This document shows positions 47,061 to 57,263 of a stretch of DNA of 64,000 bases, one piece after another (positions within the stretch are counted from its first letter, which is position 1; every line of letters begins with the position of its first letter). This DNA comes from Chlamydiia bacterium (GTDB lineage: Bacteria; Chlamydiota; Chlamydiia; Chlamydiales; 2-12-FULL-49-11). The notes under the pieces were generated by a model. The model saw nothing but the letters and a program-made list of their open reading frames with translations, made no database searches and was not told the DNA's origin. The DNA lies in contig JBIKLZ010000001.1 of the NCBI GenBank assembly GCA_044359535.1, positions 1-64,000 on the forward strand, in the 5' to 3' direction. The position numbers and the translations under genes were made by a program.

Positions 47061-48413
47061 TTATTTCTTTGTAGCAATAAGGTGATTGACAATAAAATCT
47101 TCAGCTTTTTGAATCATTACCTGAGTAAGAGCCATCTGTTTTTCCTCTTGTGAGGACGATTTATACTGCAATTTGTTTTTATCAGCATACATCATTTCTA
47201 AAACAGAATCAAAGGATGTCTCCATATCTGAAGGGCTCACAGAAATGTGATTTTGGCTCACAACTGTTGTGCATAGGTAGTAAAGACAGATCGCTTGTGT
47301 AGACTTTTGCCTAATTTCAGCCTTTTTTGCCTCTTTTTGTTCATCGGTAAAGTCATTTTCCCACTCTTTTTTGAAAGAGGGATTGTTTAATAGCTGAGAC
47401 ATTCTGTGATTGGCTTCTTGCTCTAAAAGGGTTTTTGGGATGTCAAAAAGAACCTTTTCGATGAGTTGCTCTTCAATATCTAAACGGAGTTGAGTGGCTC
47501 TTTCCCTTGCAATTTTTTCTTTGAGTAAGTGCGTGATTTTTTCTTTTACTTCGTTGATATTTTCAGCGCCGAGCTTTTTTGCAAAGGCATCGTCAAATGA
47601 AGGGAGGGTGGATTTTTCTATTCCATGGATTGTGATTCTTACTTTTTTCTCTTTAAAGTTTTCTTTATCTTCTAAAGAGGCGCTTTCATCAGGTTGAGAA
47701 GAACCAAGGGAGACATCCCCGATATTTTTTCCAAGGACAAGGGCTTTCATCCAAGGGGCCATTTTTTCTTCTGACACTTCAAAACGGGCTGAATTAAAGA
47801 TTTTTGCAGGAGGTTCTTGGTCCATGTCTTCAATATCTAGAAGGAGAAAATCTCCCATTTCAACAGCTCGGTCGGTGATTTGCTCCCACGTTGCATAAAA
47901 ACTACGGATAAGATCGATATCCTCTTGAATTTTCTTTTCATCGATGACAACTTCATCCACTTGTTTTAACTGTAATTGATCGTAGGGAATTGAAGGGATT
48001 GAGGGTTCAGATTCAAAATCAAATACGAATACAACGGGATCTGCTTTTTTATCTTCAATATGGTAACCAATGTTATTATGGGCCTGCAAAATAGGGGTTT
48101 TTGCACTTTTTTGACACTGCTGAAAACACATATTTGCAAGTTCAAGTTCTGTTTGCCCCTCAATTTGAGTGCGATATTTGTCTAAAATGAAGCTCTCTGG
48201 GGCTTTGCCTTTTCTAAAACCGGGGATAGAAATGTCTTTAGAAATTTTTTTAACTGCATGAGAGCGAGCCTTTTCCCATAAGCTTTTTTCAGGGGTGGCT
48301 CTATAAATGATTTTGCAATGGGGGAGGGTCTTTTTTTCAAAGTGGAGCCCTTCCCCTTGAAATGTTTCAATAATGGCTTGCTCTTGAGTTTTTGGTTCTT
48401 CTACTGTGGTCAT
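47061..48413 (-). CDS. tig: Trigger factor
   Basis: IPGFRKGKAP signature; upstream of clpP-clpX. Confidence 0.93.
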   Translation of the reverse strand: MTTVEEPKTQEQAIIETFQGEGLHFEKKTLPHCKIIYRATPEKSLWEKARSHAVKKISKDISIPGFRKGKAPESFILDKYRTQIEGQTELELANMCFQQCQKSAKTPILQAHNNIGYHIEDKKADPVVFVFDFESEPSIPSIPYDQLQLKQVDEVVIDEKKIQEDIDLIRSFYATWEQITDRAVEMGDFLLLDIEDMDQEPPAKIFNSARFEVSEEKMAPWMKALVLGKNIGDVSLGSSQPDESASLEDKENFKEKKVRITIHGIEKSTLPSFDDAFAKKLGAENINEVKEKITHLLKEKIARERATQLRLDIEEQLIEKVLFDIPKTLLEQEANHRMSQLLNNPSFKKEWENDFTDEQKEAKKAEIRQKSTQAICLYYLCTTVVSQNHISVSPSDMETSFDSVLEMMYADKNKLQYKSSSQEEKQMALTQVMIQKAEDFIVNHLIATKK

Positions 48414-48440
48414 AATCCCTCATTCATTGATATGTATATT

Positions 48441-48512
48441 AGCGGGTGATGAGATTCGAACCCACGACCCTCACGTTGGCAACGTGATGCTCTACCACTG
48501 AGCTACACCCGC
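48441..48512 (-). tRNA. tRNA-Gly(GCC)
   Basis: GCGGGTGTAGCTCAGTGGTAGAGCATCACG-TTGCCAA-CGTGAGGGTCGTGGGTTCGAATCTCATCACCCGCT cloverleaf; CCA not encoded. Confidence 0.96.
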
Positions 48513-48592
48513 ATTGAATCCTTTTCCTACTCACAGGTTGGGATAAACTGGCTAAACTATACAAGGGATAGAGATATTAAGTCAATTGGAAT

Positions 48593-51500
48593 TTAATCGT
48601 TTGTCTTAAGAAGGTCAAGAACATCTTCCCAAGTAAGCTTTGAAATGACATCTTCATCTGTACTAACAATCTTTTTAACAACGCCCATTTTCTTTTTCTG
48701 CATCGCAACAATTTTTTCTTCAATGGTGTCTAAAGTGATGAGCTTATAGACAGAGACATTTTGCTTTTGCCCCATTCGGTGGACCCTGTCGGTGGCTTGA
48801 TTTTCAACAGCTGGATTCCACCACATATCGTAATGGATGACTGTGTCTGCCCCTGTTAAGTTTAAACCTGTCCCTCCAGCTTTTAAAGAGACAAGGAAAA
48901 TAGGGTTATCCCCCTCATTAAATTCTTTAACAATGCCCATTCTGTTTTTTGAGGCCCCATCAAGGTAGGAGTATTTAATCCCTGCAGCATCGAATTGATC
49001 GCGCATGATTTTGAGCATCTTTGTGTATTGAGAGAATATGACTGTTTTATGCCCCCCAGTAATCAGGGTGTCTAAAAGCTCTAAAAGGAGATCAAATTTG
49101 GATGAATCCCCAGTTTCGCCCTCTTCAGTAGCAAAAATAGCAGGATGACAACAAATTTGTTTAAGGCGGGTTAAGGTTGCAAGAACGTGGATTTGTACTT
49201 TATCAAAGCCATCCCTTTCAACAAGTTTTGTAAGTTCATCTTTTGCTGATGTAGCATAGGAATTGTAGAGTTCTTTTTGAGATTTAGAAAGTCTGCTGTG
49301 GTAGATAATTTCTGAAACAGGGGGCAAATCATCCAGGACGTCGCTTTTCATACGGCGTAAAATAAAGGGAGCCACTTTTTTCTTAAGGTATTCAAGATTC
49401 TTTTTAAGCTCCTCATTTTTTGGACGGACATATTTTTCTAGGAATCGATCATAGGTGTTTAAGAAGTTTGGCATCAGGTAGTCAAAAAGACTCCACAGCT
49501 CGTCTAAAGAATTTTCAATTGGGGTTCCAGATAGGATTAATTTATAATTTGAGGAGAGCATTTTTACAGATTTTGCGTTTCGAGTGCTTCTGTTTTTGAT
49601 ATGTTGAGCCTCATCTAAAATGCAATAGTGAAAAGGTGCGTTTTCATAAAGCTCAATATCTTTTTGTAACAGACTATAGGAAGTAATGATGGCATCGTAG
49701 TCTGAAATCTGAGAGATAAGCTTTTTCCGTTGAGCGGGAATTCCATCAATGACTAAAGTTTTGAAGTTTGTGTTAAATTTATGGAATTCTTCTTTCCAGT
49801 TATAGAGCAATGAGGTAGGACAGATAATGATAGAAGGGGGCGTTGTCGCTGTTTTACTTTGGGATAAAGTGACAATGGTTTGAAGGGTTTTTCCAAGTCC
49901 CATATCATCGGCAAGAATCCCTCCAAGGTACATATTTCGAAGTCTTTCTAGGTAGTTAACCCCCTCAATTTGGTAAGGGCGCAAGGTAGCTTTAATATCT
50001 GATGGGATAGGGGAGGATGAAAGTTGTTTTTCACCTAACATTTGAGATCGAATTTCTTTTAATCTCTCTGACATTGAAAAAGTTACAGGAAGATCTACAA
50101 AGTTTTCAGCATCAATGTTTGCTATTGTCCAAATAGGGGCGGTAAGGGTGTGATTATCCAACTTTTTAATCCCTAGTTCATCAAAGAGATAGACAATTTT
50201 TGAAAGAAGTTTTAGGTTTAAGACTAAAATTTTATTCATTTTAGGGGAAGAGTCTTTTGCCCCCCCTTTCTTTTTATAGCTAAGTTCAAGGTAAGCTCGT
50301 CTAGAAAGGATGCAATCCCAGAGGCTATCCATACGGATCCCTTCAAGACTTCCATCGACCTCAACTTTTAATTCGAAGCTGTCTAAGCGTTGAGTGTGAG
50401 ACAATGTGAGGGTAAAACAGGAGTTGTCGTAGATAAACTGATCGAGTAAATTTTGAGGGCAATTAAATGTGATAAGATGTTTATACTCTGGCAATCTTTC
50501 TGTCATAAATTCGACAATCTTTTTTTCACTTTTAGCGACAAATGCCCCTTGCTCTTTTTCGTAGACAAAATCTAAAAAAAGGTTGTCAATGATTTGTTTT
50601 TCTTCAAAAAGGTTTCTTGCTAGGAGGCCAGAATCCTTTTGAAAAAGTTCTAAATGGTCTATTGTGAGGGCATCTGGGGATGCAGGAATGGGGATATCGT
50701 TGTAAATAAATTCTAAAACAGCCTCTAGTTCACCATCTAAATAGGAGATATTGCACGTCCCTTTAAGGGCATGGACATAAGGGAGGGTGGTAAACTGATT
50801 GAAAATATCTTTTCCTGAAATGGAGGTATAGGAGGCAAGTCTTCCTAGGCCATTTTCGATAAAAGTACCAAAAAGGGGTTTGCAAATAGTGATTTCCCTC
50901 ATCGAATTTAAGTGGATAAGATGTTGTCTTGTGATTGAAGGGCCAAATTTAAAGAAGGTGTTTTCATGGATAAAGGAGGGTGAGGCACATTCAAAAAAGA
51001 GGGCGTCTTCTAAAAGGATCGATTTTTCCCCTGCTAAAATAGTGGGGTTGAGTAAAATTTTTGAGGCAGGGGGTTTTATATACTCTAAGTTCATATTAAA
51101 GGAGGATAAAATTGGGGAGTAGTATAATGGGGTATCTAAAGTATCAATATAAATCCCTGGAAGTTCATGGGTAATAGAGCTGTTTTTAGCACCCGAAGGG
51201 AGGGTTGCATAAGCAGCAAGAAAGCATTTTGAAAGAAGTAATCCTAAGGATTTTGTCTCAATATAGGCGCACTTTTGCCCTTTTTCTGTCGTTGCCTTAT
51301 CATGAACTCTTGCATAATCAATAAGCATACGAACAATGTCTCTAGATTCTTCCGGAAATGATTCTGGGGTAAAAAGGTATTTTTTCCCCCCAATTTGCAA
51401 CGGTTCTTCATAACGAATTCCATCTAAGAAACTTTTTGCATTCGGGATATGAAGAGGTTTTGATCGAGAAGGGAGGCGCAAAGCAAATTGAAGTTCAACA

Positions 51501-52063
51501 ATGGCTTTAGAGCCATCTTTTGTTTCCGGAAAGCTGTATACAATCATGATCGATGCAGGGGTCACTTCAATTTCTTTCTTTTGAGAAAAAAATGGAGATG
51601 TCGATAGGATTTTAGAGGCAAGAATATACTCTTGCATGAGCTCTTTTTGAAACTCAACATCCTTTCTTTTTTCCTCTTTTGAAACTGCATCTTTCACTAC
51701 TTCTAAAAGTTCAATGGCGGCAGGATCTTGATAGGCTACCCCTTCAGAGTCTTTTGAATAGGAGACAAGCATTTTATCAAGGTGAGCTTCTAAGTAAAAA
51801 AGAAGGGCTGCTAAATGTTGACAGTCGTAATGGTAGGGGCAGTCACAATCTGAATCGATAGTTTCACAATCAATGCGATCAATTTCGATTTCACATGCGT
51901 AGCCATTTTCAAATTGACCTTCGACTTTGGCACTAATTCTTAAGGAGGTGGAATCAAGGCTGATAATTTTTGCTGCTGTGACCTTTTTGTCAGTAAATAA
52001 ATCTTTTCCTTCACGCAGAACATTTTGAGAAAAATCTTGCTTTAATTTTCTGACATTTAACAT
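48593..52063 (-). CDS. SWIM zinc finger / SNF2-family helicase (CT708-like)
   Basis: CDCPYHYDCQHLAA; LADDMGLGKT, DEAQ, SGTPIEN, WWNPAVENQATDRVHRMGQ; between tig and mreB as in Chlamydia. Confidence 0.94.
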   Translation of the reverse strand: MLNVRKLKQDFSQNVLREGKDLFTDKKVTAAKIISLDSTSLRISAKVEGQFENGYACEIEIDRIDCETIDSDCDCPYHYDCQHLAALLFYLEAHLDKMLVSYSKDSEGVAYQDPAAIELLEVVKDAVSKEEKRKDVEFQKELMQEYILASKILSTSPFFSQKKEIEVTPASIMIVYSFPETKDGSKAIVELQFALRLPSRSKPLHIPNAKSFLDGIRYEEPLQIGGKKYLFTPESFPEESRDIVRMLIDYARVHDKATTEKGQKCAYIETKSLGLLLSKCFLAAYATLPSGAKNSSITHELPGIYIDTLDTPLYYSPILSSFNMNLEYIKPPASKILLNPTILAGEKSILLEDALFFECASPSFIHENTFFKFGPSITRQHLIHLNSMREITICKPLFGTFIENGLGRLASYTSISGKDIFNQFTTLPYVHALKGTCNISYLDGELEAVLEFIYNDIPIPASPDALTIDHLELFQKDSGLLARNLFEEKQIIDNLFLDFVYEKEQGAFVAKSEKKIVEFMTERLPEYKHLITFNCPQNLLDQFIYDNSCFTLTLSHTQRLDSFELKVEVDGSLEGIRMDSLWDCILSRRAYLELSYKKKGGAKDSSPKMNKILVLNLKLLSKIVYLFDELGIKKLDNHTLTAPIWTIANIDAENFVDLPVTFSMSERLKEIRSQMLGEKQLSSSPIPSDIKATLRPYQIEGVNYLERLRNMYLGGILADDMGLGKTLQTIVTLSQSKTATTPPSIIICPTSLLYNWKEEFHKFNTNFKTLVIDGIPAQRKKLISQISDYDAIITSYSLLQKDIELYENAPFHYCILDEAQHIKNRSTRNAKSVKMLSSNYKLILSGTPIENSLDELWSLFDYLMPNFLNTYDRFLEKYVRPKNEELKKNLEYLKKKVAPFILRRMKSDVLDDLPPVSEIIYHSRLSKSQKELYNSYATSAKDELTKLVERDGFDKVQIHVLATLTRLKQICCHPAIFATEEGETGDSSKFDLLLELLDTLITGGHKTVIFSQYTKMLKIMRDQFDAAGIKYSYLDGASKNRMGIVKEFNEGDNPIFLVSLKAGGTGLNLTGADTVIHYDMWWNPAVENQATDRVHRMGQKQNVSVYKLITLDTIEEKIVAMQKKKMGVVKKIVSTDEDVISKLTWEDVLDLLKTND

Positions 52064-52214
52064 AAAACCTCAAATATTCATGATGATTTAAAAATCACCT
52101 TTTTACTCTATTTTGAATCATTGAGCAAGGAAAAAATATCAACTTGAAACAGTTGCATCCAATTAAAATCTCTGTTAACATGCTAAAACAGATAAATATT
52201 TAAGAGCGACCCCT

Positions 52215-53309
52215 ATGAAAGAATTAGAGTTTGTGAAAAAAAGTGCATTAAAACTTAAGCAATTAGCCTCAGGTAGGTGGAATAAAGTATCGAGTCTATT
52301 TGCTAGTGATATAGGTATAGATTTAGGGACCGCAAACACCCTTGTCTATGTAAAGGGTAAAGGGATTGTTCTTGCCGAGCCCTCAGTAGTTGCTATTGAT
52401 TCTCAAACTAATGAAGTGTTAGCTGTAGGACATAAAGCAAAAGCAATGCTTGGAAAAACGCCAAGAAAAATTCATGCAGTGCGCCCAATGAAGGATGGGG
52501 TGATTGCAGATTTTGAAATTGTGGGCGATATGCTTGCAGTGATTTTAAAAAGGGTGACCCCTACACGGAGCATTTTTAGGCCAAAAATTTTAATTGCAGT
52601 TCCATCAGGAATTACAGGGGTTGAAAAGCGAGCTGTTGAAGATTCAGCCCTTAAAGCAGGAGCTCAAGAGGTCTTTTTAATTGAAGAGCCGATGGCAGCG
52701 GCTATTGGAGTGGATTTACCTGTGCATGAGCCAGCGGCTAATATGATCATAGATATTGGGGGTGGAACTACAGAAATTGCGATTATTTCGTTAGGGGGAA
52801 TAGTTGAGAGTCGTTCTTTAAGAATTGGTGGAGATGAATTTGATGAGTGCATCATTAATTATATGAGACGCACCTATAATTTGATGATAGGTCCAAGAAC
52901 AGCTGAAGAAATTAAGATCACAATAGGTTCAGCCTATTCTTTAGGGGACAATGAGTTAGAGATGGAAGTGCGAGGAAGGGATCAAGTGGCCGGTCTTCCT
53001 GTAACAAAAAGAATCAATTCAGTAGAAATTAGAGAGTGTCTTTCTGAGCCGATTTTACAGATTGTAGAAAGTGTGAAATTGACCCTTGAAAAGTGTCCTC
53101 CAGAGCTTGCTGCTGACCTTGTGGACAGGGGTATGGTTTTAGCTGGAGGGGGAGCTTTAATCAAAGGGCTGGATAAGTTTTTAATCAAAGAGTGTGGCTT
53201 ATCGGTCATTATTGCCCCTAATCCGCTCCTTGCTGTCTGCTTAGGGACTGGAAAAGCATTAGAATATTTAGAGCAGTTTAAAAAGAGTAAAAAAGTTACA
53301 AGAGCATAA
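52215..53309 (+). CDS. mreB: Actin-like protein MreB with the chlamydial N-terminal extension
   Basis: DIGIDLGTANTLVY, EPMAAAIG, DIGGGTTE, GGGALIKG. Confidence 0.98.
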   Translation: MKELEFVKKSALKLKQLASGRWNKVSSLFASDIGIDLGTANTLVYVKGKGIVLAEPSVVAIDSQTNEVLAVGHKAKAMLGKTPRKIHAVRPMKDGVIADFEIVGDMLAVILKRVTPTRSIFRPKILIAVPSGITGVEKRAVEDSALKAGAQEVFLIEEPMAAAIGVDLPVHEPAANMIIDIGGGTTEIAIISLGGIVESRSLRIGGDEFDECIINYMRRTYNLMIGPRTAEEIKITIGSAYSLGDNELEMEVRGRDQVAGLPVTKRINSVEIRECLSEPILQIVESVKLTLEKCPPELAADLVDRGMVLAGGGALIKGLDKFLIKECGLSVIIAPNPLLAVCLGTGKALEYLEQFKKSKKVTRA

Positions 53310-54934
53310 TGGATCAATTCTCTTTAAGAGTCCAACATAAAATTTATGAATGGATAGATCTATGCAAACCAAAAGGGTTCCATATTTGTGATGGCTCCAA
53401 AGAGGAGTACCAATTTTTTATCGATCAACTTGTTGAGAAGAAAATGGCTAAACCCTTAAAAAGAAAGGGGTGTTACTACTTTAGATCAGATCCAAAGGAT
53501 GTAGCTCGAGTTGAAGAGTCGACCTTTATTTGTTGTAACGAGGAAAAAGATTCAGGACCGACAAACAATTGGTGTGAACCACAGTTAATGAAAAGGCGCT
53601 TAAATGGGCTATTTTCTCAATGTATGGAGGGGAGGGTGATGTATATTATCCCCTACCGATTAGGGCCAAAAGAAAGTGATCTCTCTCAAGTGGGGATTGA
53701 GGTGACCGATTCACTCTATGTCTGTGTGCACATGTATAAAATGACAAGGATGGGCCCTATTCCAAAAAGTGAAGATGTGGTGATAGGTCTTCACAGTGTG
53801 GGGGTCCCATTAAAGGGAGAGGGGGAGCAATCCTTATGGCCTTGCAATAGTGAAAAGGTGATTGCCCACTTTCCTGAAATAAAGGAGATTTACTCTTTTG
53901 GAAGTGGCTATGGGGGCAATGCTCTTCTTGCAAAAAAATGCCATGCACTAAGGATTGCTTCAGTGATAGCAAGGGAAAAAGGGACCTTTGCTGAACATAT
54001 GTTGGTGATAGGGGTGACAAACCCTTTAGGAGAGAAAAAATACTTTGCAGCGGCGTTTCCTTCAGCCTGTGGGAAAACTAATTTAGCAATGATGAAGCCC
54101 TCTTTACCCGGATGGAAAGTTGAATGTGTGGGCGATGATATTGCATGGATGAAATTTGGTGAGGATGGGGTTTTATATGCAATCAACCCTGAGAACGGTT
54201 TTTTTGGAGTTGCCCCTGGAACCTCTGAATGGACAAATCCGCATGCAATGAAAATGATGGAAGAGGATACTTTATTTACAAATGTAGCCTTAGATGGGGA
54301 TGATGTGTGGTGGGAGGGGATGACCCAAACAGTTCCTGAAGGGTTGATCAATTGGAAAGGAGAAAAGCATGATAAGGGGGGTAAAATCCCTGCAGCTCAC
54401 CCAAACTCCCGTTTTACAGCTTCAATAGAAAGATGTCCTTGCTTAGATAGTTCGGTTCTTAAAGGAAAAGCCGTTCCTATCGAGGGGATCATTTTTGGGG
54501 GAAGAAGGGCTGCAATTGCCCCCCTTGTGATAGCAGCAAAAGATTGGGGAATGGGGACCTTTTATGGAGCAAACCTTACTTCTGAACAAACCTTTGCTGC
54601 CGAGGGGACTCCTGGAGAGCTTCGAAAGGATCCCTTTGCTATGCTCCCATTTTGTGGATACAATATCAATGATTACGTTGCTCATTTTCTTTCTATGGAA
54701 AAAAAGGGGAGGAAAATGCCAAAAATATTTGCTGTTAACTGGTTTAGGAAAAATAAGAGGGGAAAATACGTTTGGCCTGGATTTGGTGAAAACATTCGGG
54801 TGATTGAATGGATGTTTCAAGTCATTGATGGGAAAGAGTGTGGGAATGAGTCCTTTTATGGTTATTTACCTAAATCAATCAATACCATAGGTTTAAGTGT
54901 TGATAAAGAAGAACTTAAGAGTATTTTAATATAA
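53309..54934 (+). CDS. pckG: GTP-dependent PEP carboxykinase, C-terminally short
   Basis: DVARVE, GSGYGGNALL, AFPSACGKTNLAM, VGDDIAW, HPNSRF, DPFAMLPFCGY; 541 aa. Confidence 0.93.
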   Translation: MDQFSLRVQHKIYEWIDLCKPKGFHICDGSKEEYQFFIDQLVEKKMAKPLKRKGCYYFRSDPKDVARVEESTFICCNEEKDSGPTNNWCEPQLMKRRLNGLFSQCMEGRVMYIIPYRLGPKESDLSQVGIEVTDSLYVCVHMYKMTRMGPIPKSEDVVIGLHSVGVPLKGEGEQSLWPCNSEKVIAHFPEIKEIYSFGSGYGGNALLAKKCHALRIASVIAREKGTFAEHMLVIGVTNPLGEKKYFAAAFPSACGKTNLAMMKPSLPGWKVECVGDDIAWMKFGEDGVLYAINPENGFFGVAPGTSEWTNPHAMKMMEEDTLFTNVALDGDDVWWEGMTQTVPEGLINWKGEKHDKGGKIPAAHPNSRFTASIERCPCLDSSVLKGKAVPIEGIIFGGRRAAIAPLVIAAKDWGMGTFYGANLTSEQTFAAEGTPGELRKDPFAMLPFCGYNINDYVAHFLSMEKKGRKMPKIFAVNWFRKNKRGKYVWPGFGENIRVIEWMFQVIDGKECGNESFYGYLPKSINTIGLSVDKEELKSILI

Positions 54935-54996
54935 AAAATTTTTTTATATTATGAAATAGGTTTTTGTGCTATAATTATATTAATTTGGAGTTATAT

Positions 54997-55992
54997 ATGA
55001 TTAATAATCTGGATCAAGTATCTCAGGGGACATTAGGCAAAAACAATTATAAAGAGCCAATAAACACAAAATCAGTGGTTGGGATTACGTTAATAGTTAT
55101 AGGTGTCTTATTAGCTGGAGTCGCAGTGGTTCTTTTATTAGGATTTTCGGTGATTATCGCTTCAATAGTAGTTGGAGTGGTTGCTGTGGGTACCGCAGCT
55201 ATAGGTTCTGGATTGTTTATTGCCGGCAAAAAAGAAGAAAAAAATCAAAATGTTAATATACTCTTGTCTCCAGCTCCAGCTCCAACTTTAGATTCAGCTC
55301 CAGCTCCAGCTCCAACTTTAGATTCAGCTCCAACTCCAACTCCAACTCCAACTCCAACTCTAGATTCAGCTCCAGCTCCAGCTCCAACTCCAACTCCAAC
55401 TCCAACTCCAACTCCAACTCCAACTCCAACTCCAACTCCAACTCCAACTCCAACTCCAACTCCAACTCTAGATTCAGCTCCAGCTCCAGCTCCAACTCCA
55501 ACTCCAACTCCAACTCCAACTCCAACTCCAACTCCAACTCCAACTCCAACTCCAACTCCAACTCTAGATTCAGCTCCAGCTCCAGCTCTAGATTCAGCTC
55601 CAGCTCCAGCTCCAGCTCCAACTTTAGATTCAGCTCCAGCTTTAGATTTACAAAGTGAATTAAAAAAAATCGAAGACCTTGTAAACAAAACAAGAGTATT
55701 AAAATCTCGGTTAAAAGTCATGGAATGGTGGTATAAAGAACGATTAGAATTCAAATCTATAAAAAATGAAATTGTGGGCAATTTAAAAGTATTATTAGAC
55801 TTAGAAGACTATTACAACAATTTATGCATTTTATCCAGAGAAAAAAAGAGTCAGTTCAATAAAATAACAGAACTTTTGAATAAAGGGAATAAAACTTTTA
55901 ACGAGTGTAAAATCTATGATGAACAAACTATTCAAAAAGAAATAAATAAACTGGACGATTTAGAACAAAGACTTAAAAATCATAACTCATAA
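54997..55992 (+). CDS. Inclusion-membrane (Inc)-like protein with a Pro-Thr/Pro-Ala repeat and C-terminal coiled coil
   Basis: ATG at 54997 after GGAG; about 50-aa bilobed hydrophobic domain (VVGITLIVIG...AIGSGLFIAG), PT/AP repeats, heptad-rich tail. Confidence 0.82.
   Translation: MINNLDQVSQGTLGKNNYKEPINTKSVVGITLIVIGVLLAGVAVVLLLGFSVIIASIVVGVVAVGTAAIGSGLFIAGKKEEKNQNVNILLSPAPAPTLDSAPAPAPTLDSAPTPTPTPTPTLDSAPAPAPTPTPTPTPTPTPTPTPTPTPTPTPTPTLDSAPAPAPTPTPTPTPTPTPTPTPTPTPTPTLDSAPAPALDSAPAPAPAPTLDSAPALDLQSELKKIEDLVNKTRVLKSRLKVMEWWYKERLEFKSIKNEIVGNLKVLLDLEDYYNNLCILSREKKSQFNKITELLNKGNKTFNECKIYDEQTIQKEINKLDDLEQRLKNHNS
55270..55646. repeat. Hierarchical 6-nt tandem repeat (CCAACT/CCAGCT) punctuated by (T/C)TAGATTCAG (LDS) units
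   Basis: Directly visible; encodes (PT)n/(AP)n blocks. Confidence 0.95.
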
Positions 55993-56007
55993 ATTAAAGA
56001 ATCAATT

Positions 56008-56054
56008 AAATAAAAACACCCTCAAAGGAGAAACCCTTGAGGGTGTTTTTATTT
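56008..56054. terminator. Bidirectional intrinsic terminator
   Basis: AAATAAAAACACCCTCAA / TTGAGGGTGTTTTTATTT inverted repeat between the convergent Inc-like gene and ndk. Confidence 0.88.
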
Positions 56055-56489
56055 TTAGATGTCTAACTTTGAAAAAATCTCATCTTCATCGAAAAAGAAT
56101 AAAATTTCATGAACAGCATTTTCATGACTGTCTGAACCGTGAACAGCGTTGGCATCAATTGAATCGGCAAAATCTCTTCGAATGGTTCCAATAGCTGCCT
56201 GTGCAGGGTTTGTCGCACCCATAATTTCTCTATTTTTTGCTACAGCATTTTCCCCTTCAAGGACAGAGACTACAACAGGTCCTGAAATCATAAAGGAGAC
56301 TAAGTCATTAAAAAAGGGTCTTTCTTTGTGGATTGCATAAAAGGCTTCTGCTTCTTCTTTTGAAAGGTACACTTGCTTCATTGCAATAATGGATAAACCT
56401 TTTTCTTCAAAACGGGAGAGAATTTTTCCGATGACATTTTTTTTCACAGCATCGGGTTTTATAATAGAAAGGGTTTGTTGAATTGTCAT
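56055..56489 (-). CDS. ndk: Nucleoside diphosphate kinase
   Basis: [30 protein letters not shown]. Confidence 0.98.
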   Translation of the reverse strand: MTIQQTLSIIKPDAVKKNVIGKILSRFEEKGLSIIAMKQVYLSKEEAEAFYAIHKERPFFNDLVSFMISGPVVVSVLEGENAVAKNREIMGATNPAQAAIGTIRRDFADSIDANAVHGSDSHENAVHEILFFFDEDEIFSKLDI

Positions 56490-56537
56490 AAGGGTCTTCC
56501 TTTGTTAAAATTTTGATGAAAACAATATCAGGAAGGG

Positions 56538-57263
56538 TTAAATATGTAAAGAAAAGCTTTTTCCTAGGTAGTGTTCTATAAGGGCAGGGTGGTGGAGCAA
56601 TCCTTCTTTTGTCCCTTGAGCTAACAGCTGTCCGTCATGCAAAAAAAGCCCTCTGTCTATAAAGGATAAAAGTTCTTTTGCATTGTGATCGGTAATCACA
56701 ACACTGATCCCTTTATTCTTAAGAAAGAGAATGAGCCCTTTGACATCTTCAATGGTTTTAGGGTCAATATTGGCAAACGGCTCATCTAAAAAAAGAATTT
56801 TTGGATTTGTGATAAGGGACCTACTAATTTCAACACGCCTTCTTTCTCCCCCAGAAATGCGGTCGGCCCGTTTTTTCTTAAGGTGAGTGATATGTAGTTC
56901 ATTAAGGCTCTCCTCAACAATCTGTTTCTTTTCTTTAGAAGAGATTCTTTTCATTTCAAGGGGGAGAAGAAGGTTTTCTTCCACAGTAAGCTCTTTGAAA
57001 ATAGAGGGCTCTTGGCTTAAGTAGCCCATCCCTTTTTGTCCCCGTTTATACATAGGAAGGTGTGTGATATCCTCTCCCATAAAATAGATCTTTCCACATG
57101 AAACAGGCAAAAGTCCAATAAGGGCATGAAAGGTGGTTGTTTTACCCGCCCCATTTGCCCCTAAAAGGCCTGTAATTACCCCTTTTTCGATGTTAAAGGT
57201 AAGATCTTTTAAAATCGTCTCCCTTTGTATTTTAATAGAAAGATCTTCCACCTTCAGGATCAT
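56538..57263 (-). CDS. lptB: LPS export ABC transporter ATP-binding protein LptB
   Basis: GANGAGKTTTF, GYLSQEPSIF, SGGERRRVEI, LDEPFA, ITDHN; ATGA overlap with the upstream gene at 57260-57263. Confidence 0.95.
   Translation of the reverse strand: MILKVEDLSIKIQRETILKDLTFNIEKGVITGLLGANGAGKTTTFHALIGLLPVSCGKIYFMGEDITHLPMYKRGQKGMGYLSQEPSIFKELTVEENLLLPLEMKRISSKEKKQIVEESLNELHITHLKKKRADRISGGERRRVEISRSLITNPKILFLDEPFANIDPKTIEDVKGLILFLKNKGISVVITDHNAKELLSFIDRGLFLHDGQLLAQGTKEGLLHHPALIEHYLGKSFSLHI

Noticed and set aside
55245-55781. Minus-strand ORFs 55245..55781 (VG/AG repeats) and 55253..55693 (LE repeats)
   Set aside because: They are shadow frames produced by the stop-free 6-nt repeat; the plus-strand Inc-like gene has the RBS, promoter and terminator.
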